The notes below the pieces were generated by a model. The model was not told the DNA's origin. It worked only from the letters and a program-made list of their open reading frames with translations, and ran no database searches. Shown here one piece after another: positions 24,853-38,174 of a DNA stretch of 64,000 nt. The position numbers were made by a program, and so were the translations under genes. This DNA is from Octopus vulgaris (lineage: Eukaryota). The number at the start of each line of letters is the position of its first letter. Within the stretch, counting starts at the first letter, position 1. The stretch spans positions 19,096,001 to 19,160,000 of the forward strand of contig OX597826.1 of assembly GCA_951406725.2 (NCBI GenBank), given 5' to 3'.

Positions 24853-25696
24853 GGGGTTCCACACGGATTTTATATAGTGGGTTGGTAGAGTCTGAATGCG
24901 ACGATGGCCTGGGGGCGACTCTAGGTCTCGGGTTTATTCAACTGGACAGCCTGTTTCACCGTACATTCGGGTTGAGAACGTTGGACAATGCTACAGAGGT
25001 GCCTTGTCCGTTTGGGATAAGCTCGCAAGACATGGTAAACGTCAGTCCCCGACCTGTCCATGATGCAGGGGGGGGGCAGGGAAACCGTCTCTCACGCTAT
25101 TGTTCAGTGTCCGGAGATAACTGAAATGTGGGCTTATGCTGAACACCTGTGGTCCGGCGAAGGAAGAGTACAGCTGTCGACTGAGTCAATTATAAAAATT
25201 GACCCACCGGGAGTTTTAACGAACGAAGGTAAGAATTGTTTTCTCACGGTTATAGCAATAGCGAAAGAGGCTGTATGGAAGACTAGGATAAAAGGAATTA
25301 AGACAGGCAACTTTATCTCTGGTGACAATTTACGATCCTTTTTTTCTTTTCATTTGAAAAGGGAACTGTGGCTGGAGAAGAGGTGTCTGTCAGAGTGTAC
25401 GTTCCAAAAGAGATGGAAGCATGTTGCACGAGTGTTATGCGTGCAAGGAACCGTGTGAATAGACGGAAAAAAAGGGGAGAAAAAAGGTACCAGTGGTAGA
25501 TCGGGGCTTGTGGGGTCGGAGCCTGATCATCGCTTCATTTGTATTGTCTTTGTATAGTTAATTCCATTCGGTTTTTTTATATATTGTATTTAAATTTTTA
25601 AAGTTACATTATATGCAAAATCATATCGCTTTACTGATCCCATCAGTTGTTCTGTCCATTTCTATGTTTCGCCCCAGGTGGGTAATAAATAAATTA
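24853..25696 (+). mobile_element. Tx1/L1-like LINE 3' end (zinc knuckle plus 3' UTR)
   Basis: RGALSVWDKLARHG...TCP*C...ETVSHAIVQC...W (CCHC), stop at 25458, tail ending GTGGGTAATAAATAAATT. Confidence 0.8.
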
Positions 25697-25880
25697 GTAT
25701 TTCGTCTGTCTTTACTTTCTGAGTTCAAATTCCGCCGAGGTCAACTTTGCCTTTCATCCTTTCGGGGTCAATTAAATAAGTACCAGTTACGCACTGAGAT
25801 CGATGTAATCGACTTAATACCTTTGTCTGTCCTTGTTTGTCCCTTCTATGCTTAGCCCCCTGTGGGCAATAAAGAAATAA
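25697..25880 (+). mobile_element. SINE family D (GCCTTTCATCC...GGGGTC...AGTACCAG central block), lacking its 5' head
   Basis: B box GAGTTCAAATTCC; tail CCCCTGTGGGCAATAAAGAAAT. Confidence 0.9.
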
Positions 25881-26071
25881 ATATATATTTTCCTAGTGTA
25901 GTTTTATACCTTGATAAACCCCTGATTATTTACATGAGCTAATCCTTTCCCTCCTCCTCCTCCTCTCCCTCCCCCTCAAGCCTATATGAATTGCTAACAT
26001 TTTTCTACATTGCTAAAACTTCGAAGTCACAGTCAGCGATTTAAAAAAAAACAAATATTTGACTTGATTAC

Positions 26072-26135
<64 letters not shown>

Positions 26136-26136
<1 letters not shown>

Positions 26137-26276
26137 AAGGTTGTCCCAAAAGTTCGTAGAAAGTCTTGGAAAATAATGGTCTTTATTTTGAGGAATAATT
26201 TTTGTTGTTTTTGTTAGTACTTGGCAAGTAAAAATTCAATTTTTGCAAGTGTTTACGAACTTTTGGGACAACCTAA
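26136..26276. mobile_element. Mariner-type MITE (141 bp)
   Basis: TIR AGGTTGTCCCAAAAGTTCGTA / TACGAACTTTTGGGACAACCT with TA duplication. Confidence 0.9.
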
Positions 26277-26299
26277 TATCTATCTAACTAACTAGCTAT

Positions 26300-26455
26300 A
26301 AGAAGGCAGCAGGATTTGGATAAATACTGTTTGCTGAGCGCTTTCGTTTTCCTCGGGGGTTCAACATGAATTGTAAGCTTTCAATTTCTAATGAATCCCT
26401 GAAGGGAATGAAAGCGCTCATTAAATAGAATTTATCCAAATCCTGACTACCTTCT
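26300..26455. mobile_element. Diverged fold-back element with HHR-like motif
   Basis: Arms of about 60 bp; plus CTAATGA-a-TCCC-tgaa-GGGA-at-GAAAG-CG-CTC at 26388-26419. Confidence 0.6.
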
Positions 26456-26526
26456 TTATTTGTAAATAAAATCTGTAAGCCACTACAAACGATCTACACA
26501 CACACACACACACACACACACGTATG

Positions 26527-26585
<59 letters not shown>

Positions 26586-26595
26586 TATATACACA

Positions 26596-26735
26596 CGAGA
26601 TCTGATCAAAAAGTATCAGGAACTGTTGCTGTTGTAACGGAGCTAAAGTACTAAAGTAGTCAGAGTGAAGCCGCTTGGCACAGATCATCATTGACCTCTG
26701 TCACGCATGCACACGAAGTTGTAACGTTCTTGTTG
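26596..26735 (+). mobile_element. Mariner 5' terminal fragment
   Basis: CGAGATCTGATCAAAAAGTATC; homologous to the ends of 41241-42072. Confidence 0.7.
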
Positions 26736-26859
26736 AAGATATTAACATTGGCAGATAATCTAGAAAGTCTAAGTGAAATATTCCTAACTAAATTCCTTGT
26801 AATAACCTTAGAGTGATTACTGAAAGAGTTAATATATATTAAATTAGTTGACGCTTTAT

Positions 26860-27110
26860 GGTATGGGAAATATGAATCTTAGTGCATGCCGTTAGCTTTC
26901 TATTCTCCCAAACTCTCGTTGTCAGTTTAGCTGGTATTAGGTGTGCTCTTACAATATTTTGTTTATCTTACACTTTAGAGAGAGGTTGTCCATGATAGTA
27001 GCCCCGAGAAAAATAATCTTGTAGACTACTTCCAGCTCGCAGCTGCTAATGGTAATGGTAGGCCCAACACTTCTGTCTTCAGTCTCATGGTCAAGCCGAA
27101 GTTTGGGCAG
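26860..27110 (-). mobile_element. RTE-like LINE RT fragment
   Basis: ITISSCELEVVYKIIFLGATIMDNLSL...KLTTRVWENRKLT. Confidence 0.7.
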
Positions 27111-27399
27111 ATGTCCCTTAGAGAATCCCATCACATCCGAGGATCGAGGCATGGACACTGAGAAAATTGATAGACCTATTCAATCTATGGAGTCGGAAGG
27201 AAAATTCGGATCTGCTCCTATTTCACTGGGCTCCACCAACTTGAGCGCAAAGACAGCATCATGCTCTCTAGTCTCATCTAAACTTGGCAACTAGTTATCA
27301 GTGTTGATGTTTGGTTCAATGTTTGTAAGCAGAAGCAGAAAATACCATTCATGAAAAATTTGCAAATTGCTTCTTTGTTTTTGATAAAAGACGTATACC

Positions 27400-27832
27400 A
27401 ACACAACACTTTTTCTCTACCAAATAAATGTCCCACACCAGCGTTTGTTTCCACGCTTTAAAGATACCCAGGTACTCTCAGTTTGTTGATTACACTCAAT
27501 TTGGTGGTTACACTCCTTGTGCGCATGCGCAGCATCTTTGGTTACTATGGAAACAGAGTTCTTCGCTATCAGCTCTGCAATATGTGGTGCTTCTTTGCTT
27601 TGGTTACTATGGAAGCAGAGTTCTTCTCCACGGTGATGTGTAAAATTCTCGCTTCTGATCGGCTAAAATACCCAAATTTTGCCAAATTTTAAAGGCTAAT
27701 AATTTTTTAATTATCGATTTATAGGAAAAATGAATTTCATTTTCATAATTAGTATAGAAAACTGAATCCATATACCAAATTTGAAAACAATTGGAACAAA
27801 TTTGTAAACAGTGACGAAAACCACAAAGATCC
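27400..27832 (+). mobile_element. GATCC-terminated MITE, right end
   Basis: Homologous to 55605-55814; ends ACCACAAAGATCC. Confidence 0.75.
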
Positions 27833-28184
27833 AGCCCTTAGTTCCGCCAATATTTCAATTTTCAATGTTTAAATTTGTTATTAAAAGCCTTTTAGAAGGT
27901 TTGTCAACAAAGCACACCATGTGGTGTGACACTTTTGAAATTTAGTCAATATCAACGTGTGCGTGTGTGAGTGTGTGCGTGTGTGTGTGCGTGTGTGAGT
28001 GTGTGCGTGTGTGATGCAACAACACACACACTTATAGACATGTACTCACCAACACTCATACGTACACACAAAGCAATACCAAAGCACTCACACACTTGTC
28101 ACCTCGCCTCTCACCACCAAATCTTACTGTTGCTAACCTGTCAGACCACTCCCTTACACATACATCAATCACTTAAATACAAAG

Positions 28185-28216
<32 letters not shown>

Positions 28217-28284
28217 GCTATTTTCGCACTCTCCTGCCTTCAAAAACTATTTTCTCTATTTCTCTCCACTTCCAGTCACTTCAG

Positions 28285-28470
28285 TCATGTGACCACAAAC
28301 GTGCTTTTGGACTATTTTCCCCCTGCCTCTGGACCATTCCTCCTTCCTCTTTCTGACGAAGAGCCATGCTTGAAACATTCGACCCCACCTTCTTTTCCCA
28401 GCTTAAACTGAACGTCAACTGTGTACGTGCTTTTGCTGTTTTGTTTTTATTTTTATCCTCGATTTACCTA
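28285..28470 (+). mobile_element. pLTR-like short element with degenerate HHR (28350-28380)
   Basis: tttCTGACGA-A-GAGC-cat-GCTT-GAAAC-ATT; ends at (TACA)n; related to 57310-57506. Confidence 0.6.
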
Positions 28471-28524
28471 TACATACATACATACATACATACATACATA
28501 CATACATACATACATACATACACG

Positions 28525-28560
<36 letters not shown>

Positions 28561-28590
28561 CATACACACACACACACACATATATATATA

Positions 28591-28639
<49 letters not shown>

Positions 28640-28642
<3 letters not shown>

Positions 28643-28930
28643 CGTGACCGACCAGGCTATCAGATGTTGCTACACATCGCTGGTCACAATGCGCTTCGCA
28701 TTGTTTTTAGCATTCAAATGATGCCACCCCGCTGGCTAAGCGAGCAGGCCAACAGACGAAAAAGTGAGAGAAATAGTGGTGAAAGAGTACAGCAGGGTTC
28801 GTCACCACCCCCTGCCGGAGCCTCGTGGAGCTTTAGGTGTTTTCGCTCAATAAACACTCACAACGCCTGGTCTGGGAATCGAAACCGCGGTCCTACAACC
28901 TCGAGTCCGCTGCCCTAACCACTGGGCCAT
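28640..28930 (-). mobile_element. SINE family B
   Basis: tRNA-like head on the minus strand; matches 3884-4047. Confidence 0.88.
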
Positions 28931-29220
28931 GTATATATAGGGAGAGTTTAGGAAAGAAAAAAACAAAAGACGAAGACAGGTAGTGTACAAAACAAACAGA
29001 TGTATTAGTATAACGCCCAGGAACTGAAAAAGTCTTTTACGTTTTGAGCCTACGCTCTTCTACAGAAAGGGACACAGAAAAAAACAAGGAGAGAAAAAAA
29101 AATGTGTGTAGTGGCTACCGATCTATCATGGCGACTGTTGGACAGAAGGATCACACAGGAGAGCGAAGAAGTAACAGCCACTACACACATTTTTTTCTCT
29201 CCTTGTTTTTTTCTGTGTCA

Positions 29221-29256
29221 CTTTCTGTAGAAGAGCGTAGGCTCGAAACGTAAAAG
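29221..29256 (+). ncRNA. Minimal hammerhead-like motif, CTGTAGA core variant
   Basis: CTTT-CTGTAGA-A-GAGC-gtag-GCTC-GAAAC-GTA-AAAG. Confidence 0.6.
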
Positions 29257-29293
29257 ACATTTTCGATTCCTTAGCGTTATACTAATATATCTT

Positions 29294-29713
29294 TATTCTT
29301 TTATTCTTTTACTTGTTTCAGTCATTTGACTGCGGCCATGCTGGAGCACCGCCTTTAGTCGAGCAAATCATCCCCGGGACTTATTCTTTGTAAGCCCAGT
29401 ACTTATTCTATCGGTCTCTTTTGCCGAACCGCTAAGTTACGGGGACGTAAACACACCAGCATCGGTTGTCAAGCAATGCTAGGGAGATAAACACAGATAT
29501 ATAAACACACACACACACACACACACACATATAAATATATACATATATACGACAGGCTTCTTTCAGTTTCCGTCTACCAAATCCACTCACAAGGCATTGG
29601 TCGGCCCGGGGCTATAGCAGAAGACACTTGCCCAAGATGCCACGCAGTGGGACTGAACCCGGAACCATGTGGCTGGTTAGCAAGCTACTTACCACACAGC
29701 CACTCCTGCGCCT
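29294..29713 (-). mobile_element. SINE family A, full length
   Basis: Splits the right arm of the fold-back element. Confidence 0.94.
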
Positions 29714-29959
29714 ATGTTTGTTTTGTACACCACCTGTCTTCATCTTTTGTTTTTTTTCGTAAACTCTCCCTTTATATCACACGCTCATGTGGTCGCACCA
29801 ATTGATCCTGTCATTTCTTATCACACACGAACTTCTCCACTGGACTTTCTACCTATCTACCCTTTGCGGATTGTCTTTTGGACATTTACCCTCCTGTTGC
29901 ACCTCTCCTATCTACGGATCACTGTGGACTCTACTCCCCTCTCTCTCTATCTCTCTCTC

Positions 29960-30008
<49 letters not shown>

Positions 30009-31419
30009 CACAAATATTAAAAAAAACACGGTGATGGAAGTAAAAAAACCCACACAGAACAAACAAACGACACAGGAAAATTTGGAAGATGTTTTTACAT
30101 ACGTTCTTCTAAGGAAAGGATAGATGAGGAGAGAAAAATAGAAAAATAATTCAAACGTGTCTCAGTTAGACGGTCTCTGCACACAAACAAATTGTTAATG
30201 TCCTGTGGAGCGGTAGTACTCTCTCGCTATCCAGAAAGTAAATTATGTAAGTCATTAAGTTATGTAGCTACGGCTTCTTTTCGCTCCACATTCGTAGAGT
30301 TCTATGCGTCAACAATAGAAAACAAAGTGTGAGGGGCGTGATGATAATGACTAGAAAGTTATTGCAGCAGATACGATTTCAGAACCGACATTTCTAATAT
30401 AGTTCTCTGTACATTGTCTACGTCCCCATTTCATGTGATTGCTTTCAGGGTTAGGAGTGGCAGCTAGCGGAGCAGAAAGAGCAGGTCACTCTATTGAGGA
30501 GCGACAAGCATCGGAATAGAAAGAGCTGTATTTGGAGGATCTGTAATCGTTGAACAGAATCTGGGTGGGCTGAACAAAAGACAGTTTATGACAGTTTATA
30601 AAAGGGACAGTGTCCACTTGTATCATAGCAGCAGAATCTTTTAATAGAACGCTTGAGAGTATGTGGTGAGTGAAGATAGGAGAAGAAAGTTGGAAGAAAG
30701 ATGATAGAGACAGAGATAAAGAGAAAACGAGAGTTTGTAAGAGAGGAAGAAAACTGGTTGAAGACGGGGGTGGGGTGAAGAGAAAGATGTGGTGCGTCGA
30801 GAGAGAAAAATAAAATACAGTCAAAGATATTTTGTTGTAAAAGATTCAGAAAAAAGATGCTGGAGATAGAAATGACATAGGAAGAGGAATTGGGGGAGAA
30901 AGAATAGAGAGATGAGGAAGAAAGAGAAGGGAGGGGGGGAAGAAAAGAGGACATGGTGATTATGCTTCCAATGACATCACTGACCATACACCAACATCTT
31001 TTTTCCATTTAAAAAAATTGTGGAAATTTAATACGTCATGAATTTAGATATTGCAAAACGTCATTTTATTATTTAATGACACAAAATTAACAAATCGTTG
31101 TTATGCTATTTTAAAAGAGTGCCTGTAACGTGTGTGTTTGCGTGTCTGTCCGTATGGCCGTGTAGTAAGCACAACCATGGCTGTATGGTTAAGAAACTTG
31201 CTTTGCATCCACGTGGCTTTAGGTTAGTGTCTTCAATAATAGATCCAGGCTGAGTAATGCCTTAGGAGTGAATTTGGTAGAGGAAAGGTGTTTAGAGGCC
31301 CGTTATGCGTGTGTGTGTGCGCATCAAAAACCAGTAGCCAATGGACAGCACCATATAGTGCATATCCTGCCAAATACTGCATTTAATTATTCAGCGAACA
31401 TTATTTATTAGTGCAATGA

Positions 31420-32390
31420 TAAGTTGCCCTATGTGAGGGATGTGCCAACATGTTGGGGTAAAAGAGGAAAACGTTGAAACAAGATTGATGCGTTATTCTA
31501 TTGGAAAAGATACCATACGTCTATTGGTTAAACCTCTAAAGCTACTGGAAATGTGATTGTTAGCTTCCACAATAGAGTCGAAAAGTTAGTTAATGATGAC
31601 CACGAAGTGAGCTTCAAGTCAACATTCAAAGTACAAGAAATGTATCACCATTCCAACACCAAGTGACTGATACCATACTACGGTTCCATATCACAACCGA
31701 TTATATAAAAAGGATCTAAATATGCACTTGGAATTGTCATTGCTAAACACTGCATATTAGCCACTGAAGTAGGCAATAGACTGTAAAGACTAAATCGTTG
31801 TCGATTCAGTGAACCATCCTCCAGTATGGCTGCCTTAACCATGTGTGACCAGAAATATAGAAAAAGATATGTTAAGACAACAATGTCAAGAAAACAACCG
31901 AGAGGCAGAAACTATGACGTTCTTTAGTCTATGTTTATCTTTGTGGGTGTAAATAAAGAAACTGCTTTGAAATGTCACAAACCCAAGGAATCAAAACTGT
32001 ATCGTGTATGGGCTTTTATGCATACAATTTCATATTTCGGGATAATTTCTTTGACTGCCTGCAATGACGTCAAACTTTATTTTACCATTATCATTTTGAC
32101 AGGCTTGTCAAGATGGAGACAGAATGGTTGTTATACATAAGGATACACTGAAAGGAATTGCGTGTGAAGTCATGCAATTTATCTAAGACATAACATCAAC
32201 AATGATTGGAGATAGAGTAACTGGTCTGGTGTGCATTGTTCCAACAAGTTTCACAGTTCAACATACATGTCTGAACGCACTCAAGACATCAAACTTTATT
32301 GAAGAATTTATAGAAGACCAGATCTCTTCATCACTTTTACCGGTAATGCTGCTCAGAAAGAAATAAGTGAGAAACTTTTCCCATGGTAGT
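31420..32390 (+). mobile_element. Helitron RepHel remnant
   Basis: Manual translation gives FKSTFKVQEMYH and IVPTSFT..YMSERTQD...RPDLFITFTGN...KEISEKLFP, resembling Helitron Rep motifs (FKVQGQVYH; LPSSFTGxPRYM...GRPDLFITFTCNP). Confidence 0.8.
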
Positions 32391-33074
32391 ATATCAGGGA
32401 AAGATAGAAACCAAAACAATGTCCCTTGTTACAAGAACGGTAGAAAGGAGACCTTCCTCATGCACACATTCTCATTTAGCTAGAAACAAAAACTCAAGTC
32501 AAATATACTTAATTATATCAGCAGATTTTCCAAATTCTATAAGTACCCAGAGGCTTCTTGTACCATCAAAGGAACAATGGCTGATGGCCCGCATGGGCTC
32601 TTCATCTCAGCAGCTTCTTGCATGGAAAAAAGATCTTCATCAAAACTAATTGTAGAATTCTGTCACTCAGTCAAATCAATGAAATGTGTGTAAGAACACG
32701 TTAGCAAGAGGTCTGATGCTGTTGCGATGAAGTGACGCGATTTCTGTCGAGAAGACACATTAGCAGCAATGTTACCTTCTATCAAATTTATTGATTTCTA
32801 ATTTGTGAATGACACCTGCCATGTAAAATGGACAAACGGAGAATACCATGTTTTCGTAATGAATTTTCTCTGATGAGGGCAGACTAAACATCTCTATTTT
32901 GGAGTTAAGTACGTTTTTTCAGAATCCTTGCCTTTTCGGCCAAACAAAGCTTACATCGATTTCTCCCGCTGAGGTACGGCCCCGGTTATTATACTTACTA
33001 ATATGTTTTATCGCTAGGTCTACAAATGTGATTACGAATTAAAAGCAGCGCTAGTGTGTTTTAATATCCAGTAC

Positions 33075-33352
33075 TAAGAGGGAATCTTTCCCAGAGTGCT
33101 GTGCCGCAGCGAACTGGTGAACGAGCGTAACACATATAATTGAGTATGTCTAGTCGATAACACTTTATAACACTAGCGCTGTTTTTAATTCATAATTGAA
33201 TCTAATTTACGTAAAGATTGTCGTGGCATACCAGCAAATACTTCTCACACTATCTGTAAATAGGGCTAAGAGAGCGTCATTCCCAGAGCGCTGTAGCGTA
33301 GCGAACCTGCGAACAAGTAAAACACATATATTGCGTATGTGCGGTCGATAAT
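33075..33352 (+). repeat. Two diverged direct repeats of about 85 bp
   Basis: CTAAGAG..TTCCCAGAG.GCTGT..CG.AGCGAAC...AACACATATA.TTG.GTATGT...GTCGATAA at about 33075 and 33266. Confidence 0.75.
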
Positions 33353-33829
33353 ATGTACATATATATAAAGGGATTTAAGTTAACATCTGCAAATGTAGTG
33401 CACAATTCGTCATTTACACAATACTCGTAATATTTTAATCAATGTTATCTATTTTAATTCTATTGTAAACAGAACAACGTTCTAACACTATAACTTCTCT
33501 TAAAACATGGCAGAAGGCTTAAATAGTGACAGATGTAGTCTATATAATTTGGAAAATATCTTAACGAATTGTTATTTGATATTGAATGATAAAATGTTAA
33601 CTTAATTGTTACTGTTTTCATAAATATTTTCATGCATTTTTAGCTCGTTATATATTCTACCGCCTGAGCATCAAAACCATTCATACAATACACATAAGCT
33701 CACAAATATGTGTCTTCAGTCTTATAAAGAGAGTGTTTTGATTTGATGGTTATATAGTTACTGTTTCTAGCATGTTGAAAGATATCGGACTTAGCTTTTT
33801 TACACTGTGGCTGATAATAATGCTAGCAT

Positions 33830-34495
33830 TTGTCGTAACGCTCTGAGTTCAAATTCCGCCAAGTCCGACATTTGACTTTCATCTTTTCGGGGTCGATAAA
33901 ATAAGTACCAGTTGAGCACTGGCGCCGATGTAAACCACTTAGCCCCTTCCCAGAAATTGCCTTAAAACCAATATCAATGGTAGCATTTCATTCCTTTCGG
34001 GGGTCAATAAAATAAGTACCAGATGAGAACTGGGATCGACGTAGTCAACTATCCTCATTCCCCCAAATTCCATGCCTTGTGGCTACAGCGAAAAGGAATA
34101 TTCATGGAAGCAATGACAATTGTATTATGATAGTGGTTAATTATATTTTGATCACTAAAGGCGGCGAGCTGGCAGAAACGTTAGCACGCCGGGCGAAATG
34201 CGTAGCCGTATTTCGTCTGTCGTTACGTTCCGAGTTCAAATTCCTCCGATGTCGACTTTGCCTTTCATCTTTTCGGGGTCGATAAATAAAGTACTATTTT
34301 CGCACTAGAGTCGATGTAATCGACTTAATCTGTCCTTGTTTGTCCCCTCTGTGTTTCGCCTCTTGTGGGCAATAAAAAAAAATATATTTTGATCAATATG
34401 ATAATATATGGTTCCACCCCTTTACTTTCTGAGTTCAAATCCCGCTGAGGTCAAACAACTTTGCCTTTCACCCCTTCAAAGTTGATAAAATAAAA
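33830..34495 (+). mobile_element. Cluster of SINE family D copies (full copy at 34160-34382)
   Basis: GGCGGCGAGCTGGCAGAAACGTTAGC head, GAGTTCAAAT B box, central block present four times. Confidence 0.88.
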
Positions 34496-34789
34496 TGCGG
34501 ATCTTGTTGAACTTCTTCCACCCACTCGAAGTTTTTTTAAAATTTCACCAGATTATTTTTCAAAAAGAAAAAAAATGCATTGCTGATGTAGTTTTCCATT
34601 TTGGAAGTGAGACCACGTAAAATGTTCGACTTTTTTGTGTATGCTGATATCTTTGACACCGTCAGCAATAAAGCTTGTAACTTTCTTATTAATCCCTAGA
34701 AAAAAAAAAAGAACGCGATTTTCGTCATCACCATGCAAAACTACATAGAAACAAAGGTTTTTTGTTTTTTTTTACGGAATATATCATCT

Positions 34790-35125
34790 TCTATCTTTTA
34801 TCTTTTCGTTGTTTCAGTCATTAGACTGCGGCAATGCTGGGGCACCGCCTTGAAGGATTTTTTGTTGAATGTATCGACCACAGTACTTAATTTTATAGCT
34901 TGGTACTTATTCTGTCGGTCTTTTTGCTGAACTGCTAAGTTACGGGCACGTAAACACCCCAGCACCGGTTGTCAAGTAGTGGTGAGAGACAAACACACAC
35001 ACATCAACGGGCTTCTTTCCGCCCACCAAATTCACTCACAAGGCTTTTGGTCGGCCCGGGGCTATAGTAGAAGACACTTGCCCAAGGTGCCTGAACCAGA
35101 AACCATGTGGCTGGAAAGTAAGCTT
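34790..35125 (-). mobile_element. SINE family A, diverged
   Basis: Family motifs with internal deletions. Confidence 0.8.
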
Positions 35126-35464
35126 CGTGGAGTCGAGAAGCCTTCTCCTCCTTTCGAAACAGCTAGCATTATGCCTAAATTTGAACTAATAAAGAAGAGG
35201 GGACTGGCAGAATAGTTAGAGCGTCGGACAAAATTATTCGCGGCATTTCGCTAAACTCTTTACCTTCTAAGTTCAAATCCTCGTGTGCTAACGGTTCTGC
35301 CAGCTCACCGCCTTCACCTCTCCTGAAATACCAATGACCTTGGGCCCAACATAAAAACCATTATGTTAAAGCAGGATAGTCTCTGTTCACTTCTTACAAC
35401 AACCCCAACTTTTATCGTTTTGTGAACTTCAATGAAAGATATTTCGATTTGTTGCTATCACACT

Positions 35465-35525
<61 letters not shown>

Positions 35526-35786
35526 TGTCTCTCTCAATCCCGCCATTCTCTGTCAACCCACACATTTTCATTACAATAAATTCTGAAGCCGTAATGGGAA
35601 AGTCTAAAGTCAATGCAGATGTTTGTTTAATGTAGTTGGGACGAAGAAAGTAACCTTTGAACAGAGATTCACTTATTGTTGAGTTGTGACAGTGTTTCGC
35701 AGCTTAAAAGAGATGGATATGTGGCTGCGCGCACCCCCATCCTCACAGATAGGTATAGATACACATACGAAAATGTACACATACAC

Positions 35787-35823
<37 letters not shown>

Positions 35824-35828
<5 letters not shown>

Positions 35829-35949
35829 AAATTACTACGATGATCCGGTTCTTGACTGAAGACTGAGGGTTTCGAATGTCCTGTCCGTGTTTATTGTATC
35901 GTCTTCTAAGAGTTATACGTTCTTGTCCATGTTGTATTTTTCTACATAC

Positions 35950-35952
<3 letters not shown>
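35824..35952 (+). mobile_element. (TA)n-flanked short element with weak HHR-like core
   Basis: CTGAAGA-ctgagggtttc-GAAT-GTC (non-canonical); bounded by (TA)n on both sides. Confidence 0.4.
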
Positions 35953-36004
<52 letters not shown>

Positions 36005-36019
36005 CATATATATATGTAT

Positions 36020-36249
36020 TATCTTCTATCTTTTACTGGTTTCAATCATGCGACTGCGGCTATGCTAGAACAACGCTTTGAGAAATTTTTAATCGAATGA
36101 ATCGACCCAGTATTTTTTTTAAAGTCTGGTCTTACACTATCGGCCTCTTTTGCCGAACCGCAACGTTACGGTAAACATACCAGTACGGGTTATCAAGTGG
36201 TGGCGTTGGGGAGGGGTGTGTGACAAAAACAGACGCAAAGACGCACCCT

Positions 36250-36286
<37 letters not shown>

Positions 36287-36455
36287 ATACAACAGGCTTC
36301 TTTCAGTTTCCATCTACCAAACCCACTCACAAGGCTTAGGTCGGCCCGAGGCGATAGTACAAGAGACTTGCCGAAGATTCCACACATTGGGATTGAACCC
36401 GGAGCCATGTGGTTGAGAAGCGAACATGTTACTACACAGTCACGCCTGCGCCTAT
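36020..36455 (-). mobile_element. SINE family A, diverged
   Basis: Family motifs. Confidence 0.85.
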
Positions 36456-36584
36456 AAAAGATTATATATATATGTATATATACATGTGTGTGTGTGTGTG
36501 TGTGTGTGTAAATGGTAAGGGATTACTCGAAACGTTTACCGGTTTGCTTTCGGTTAGATATTCAAAATAGGTTATATATATATA

Positions 36585-36984
36585 CGAGGTGGAGACAAAA
36601 AGTATCCGACCTTGATTTTTTTTCCACAAAATGATAACGCGTGAGAAAAATCCGCATGGGTATTGGGTGGGCGCGTCCTTCATGAGCATGCGCCAAAAGT
36701 TCCGTGTCTGTAGGTTGCGCCGGTCACCTGCAGTGACGCGTTGAATATAGACGTGAAGAGTGTGCTGTGTGATTTTTCTTTTTAAGTCAAGATGACTGAG
36801 GGCATTGAGCAAAGATACTGTATCAAATTCTGCCAAAATCTTGGTGATACACAAGACCAGGCTATCGAAAAGATTCAGACTCTCAAGGCGAATACTTAGA
36901 AGGAGACTAAATGAAAATGATGAGTTTTTAAAATTTTACTTGTTTTTTTTTGCCAAAAGTCGGATACCTTTTGACTACACCAGG

Positions 36985-36985
<1 letters not shown>
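36585..36985 (+). mobile_element. Mariner-derived MITE
   Basis: TIR AAAAAGTATCCGAC / GTCGGATACCTTTT; encodes [18 protein letters not shown] (mariner N-terminus). Confidence 0.8.
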
Positions 36986-37525
<540 letters not shown>

Positions 37526-37745
37526 TATAATACCTGTACATCATCTTCAAACGTTCTAATATATATATATATTAGAAGGGTATGGCAATCCCTGCTGTAC
37601 TCTTTCGCCACAACTTTCTCTCACTCTTTCTTCTGTTGGCCTGTTCGCTTAGGTGGCGTCATTTGAAGGCTAAAACAATGCGAAGCGCATTGTGACCAGC
37701 GATGTGTAGCAACATCTGAGAGCCTGGTCAGTCACTGTGATCACA

Positions 37746-37799
<54 letters not shown>

Positions 37800-38174
37800 T
37801 GTATATATACATATATATATAATCTTTTATAGGCGCAGGCGTGACTGTGTAGTAAGAAGTTCGCTTCCCAACCACATGACTCCGGGTTCAATCCCTCTGT
37901 GCTTGTCCCCCCAACATCGCTTGACAACCGATACAGGTATGCTTACGTCCCCGTAAATTAACGGTTCGGTAAAAGAGACCGATAGAATAAGTACTAGGCT
38001 TACAAAGAATAAGTCCTGTAGTAAATATAAAAGACATCTTTCAGGTACAATAGTGGTTTATTGAGACGGAAGGTTGTGGATTTCTTCATTTTATATTTCA
38101 CGGTAGGCAACCATGATTGCTGGAATAAGAATACAAGAGTTAAGGAATGGAGTATATATATATATATATACACA

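Larger units (their letters stand above)
28939..29770. mobile_element. Inverted pair of pLTR-like units, each with an HHR-like motif, interrupted by a SINE
   Basis: Left arm 28939-29116 is the reverse complement of 29177-29292 plus 29715-29770; motifs at 29034-29069 (-) and 29221-29256 (+). Confidence 0.85.

Noticed and set aside
30200-30680. Very degraded Penelope linker or endonuclease on the minus strand
   Set aside because: Only faint resemblance; needs BLASTx.
32870-32950. CTGATGA with a possible downstream stem
   Set aside because: No GAAA-stem III-NUH at the required position.
34160-34250. tRNA genes (also at 3990-4047 and 57790-57863)
   Set aside because: A/B boxes belong to SINE heads followed by SINE bodies; no convincing cloverleaf.
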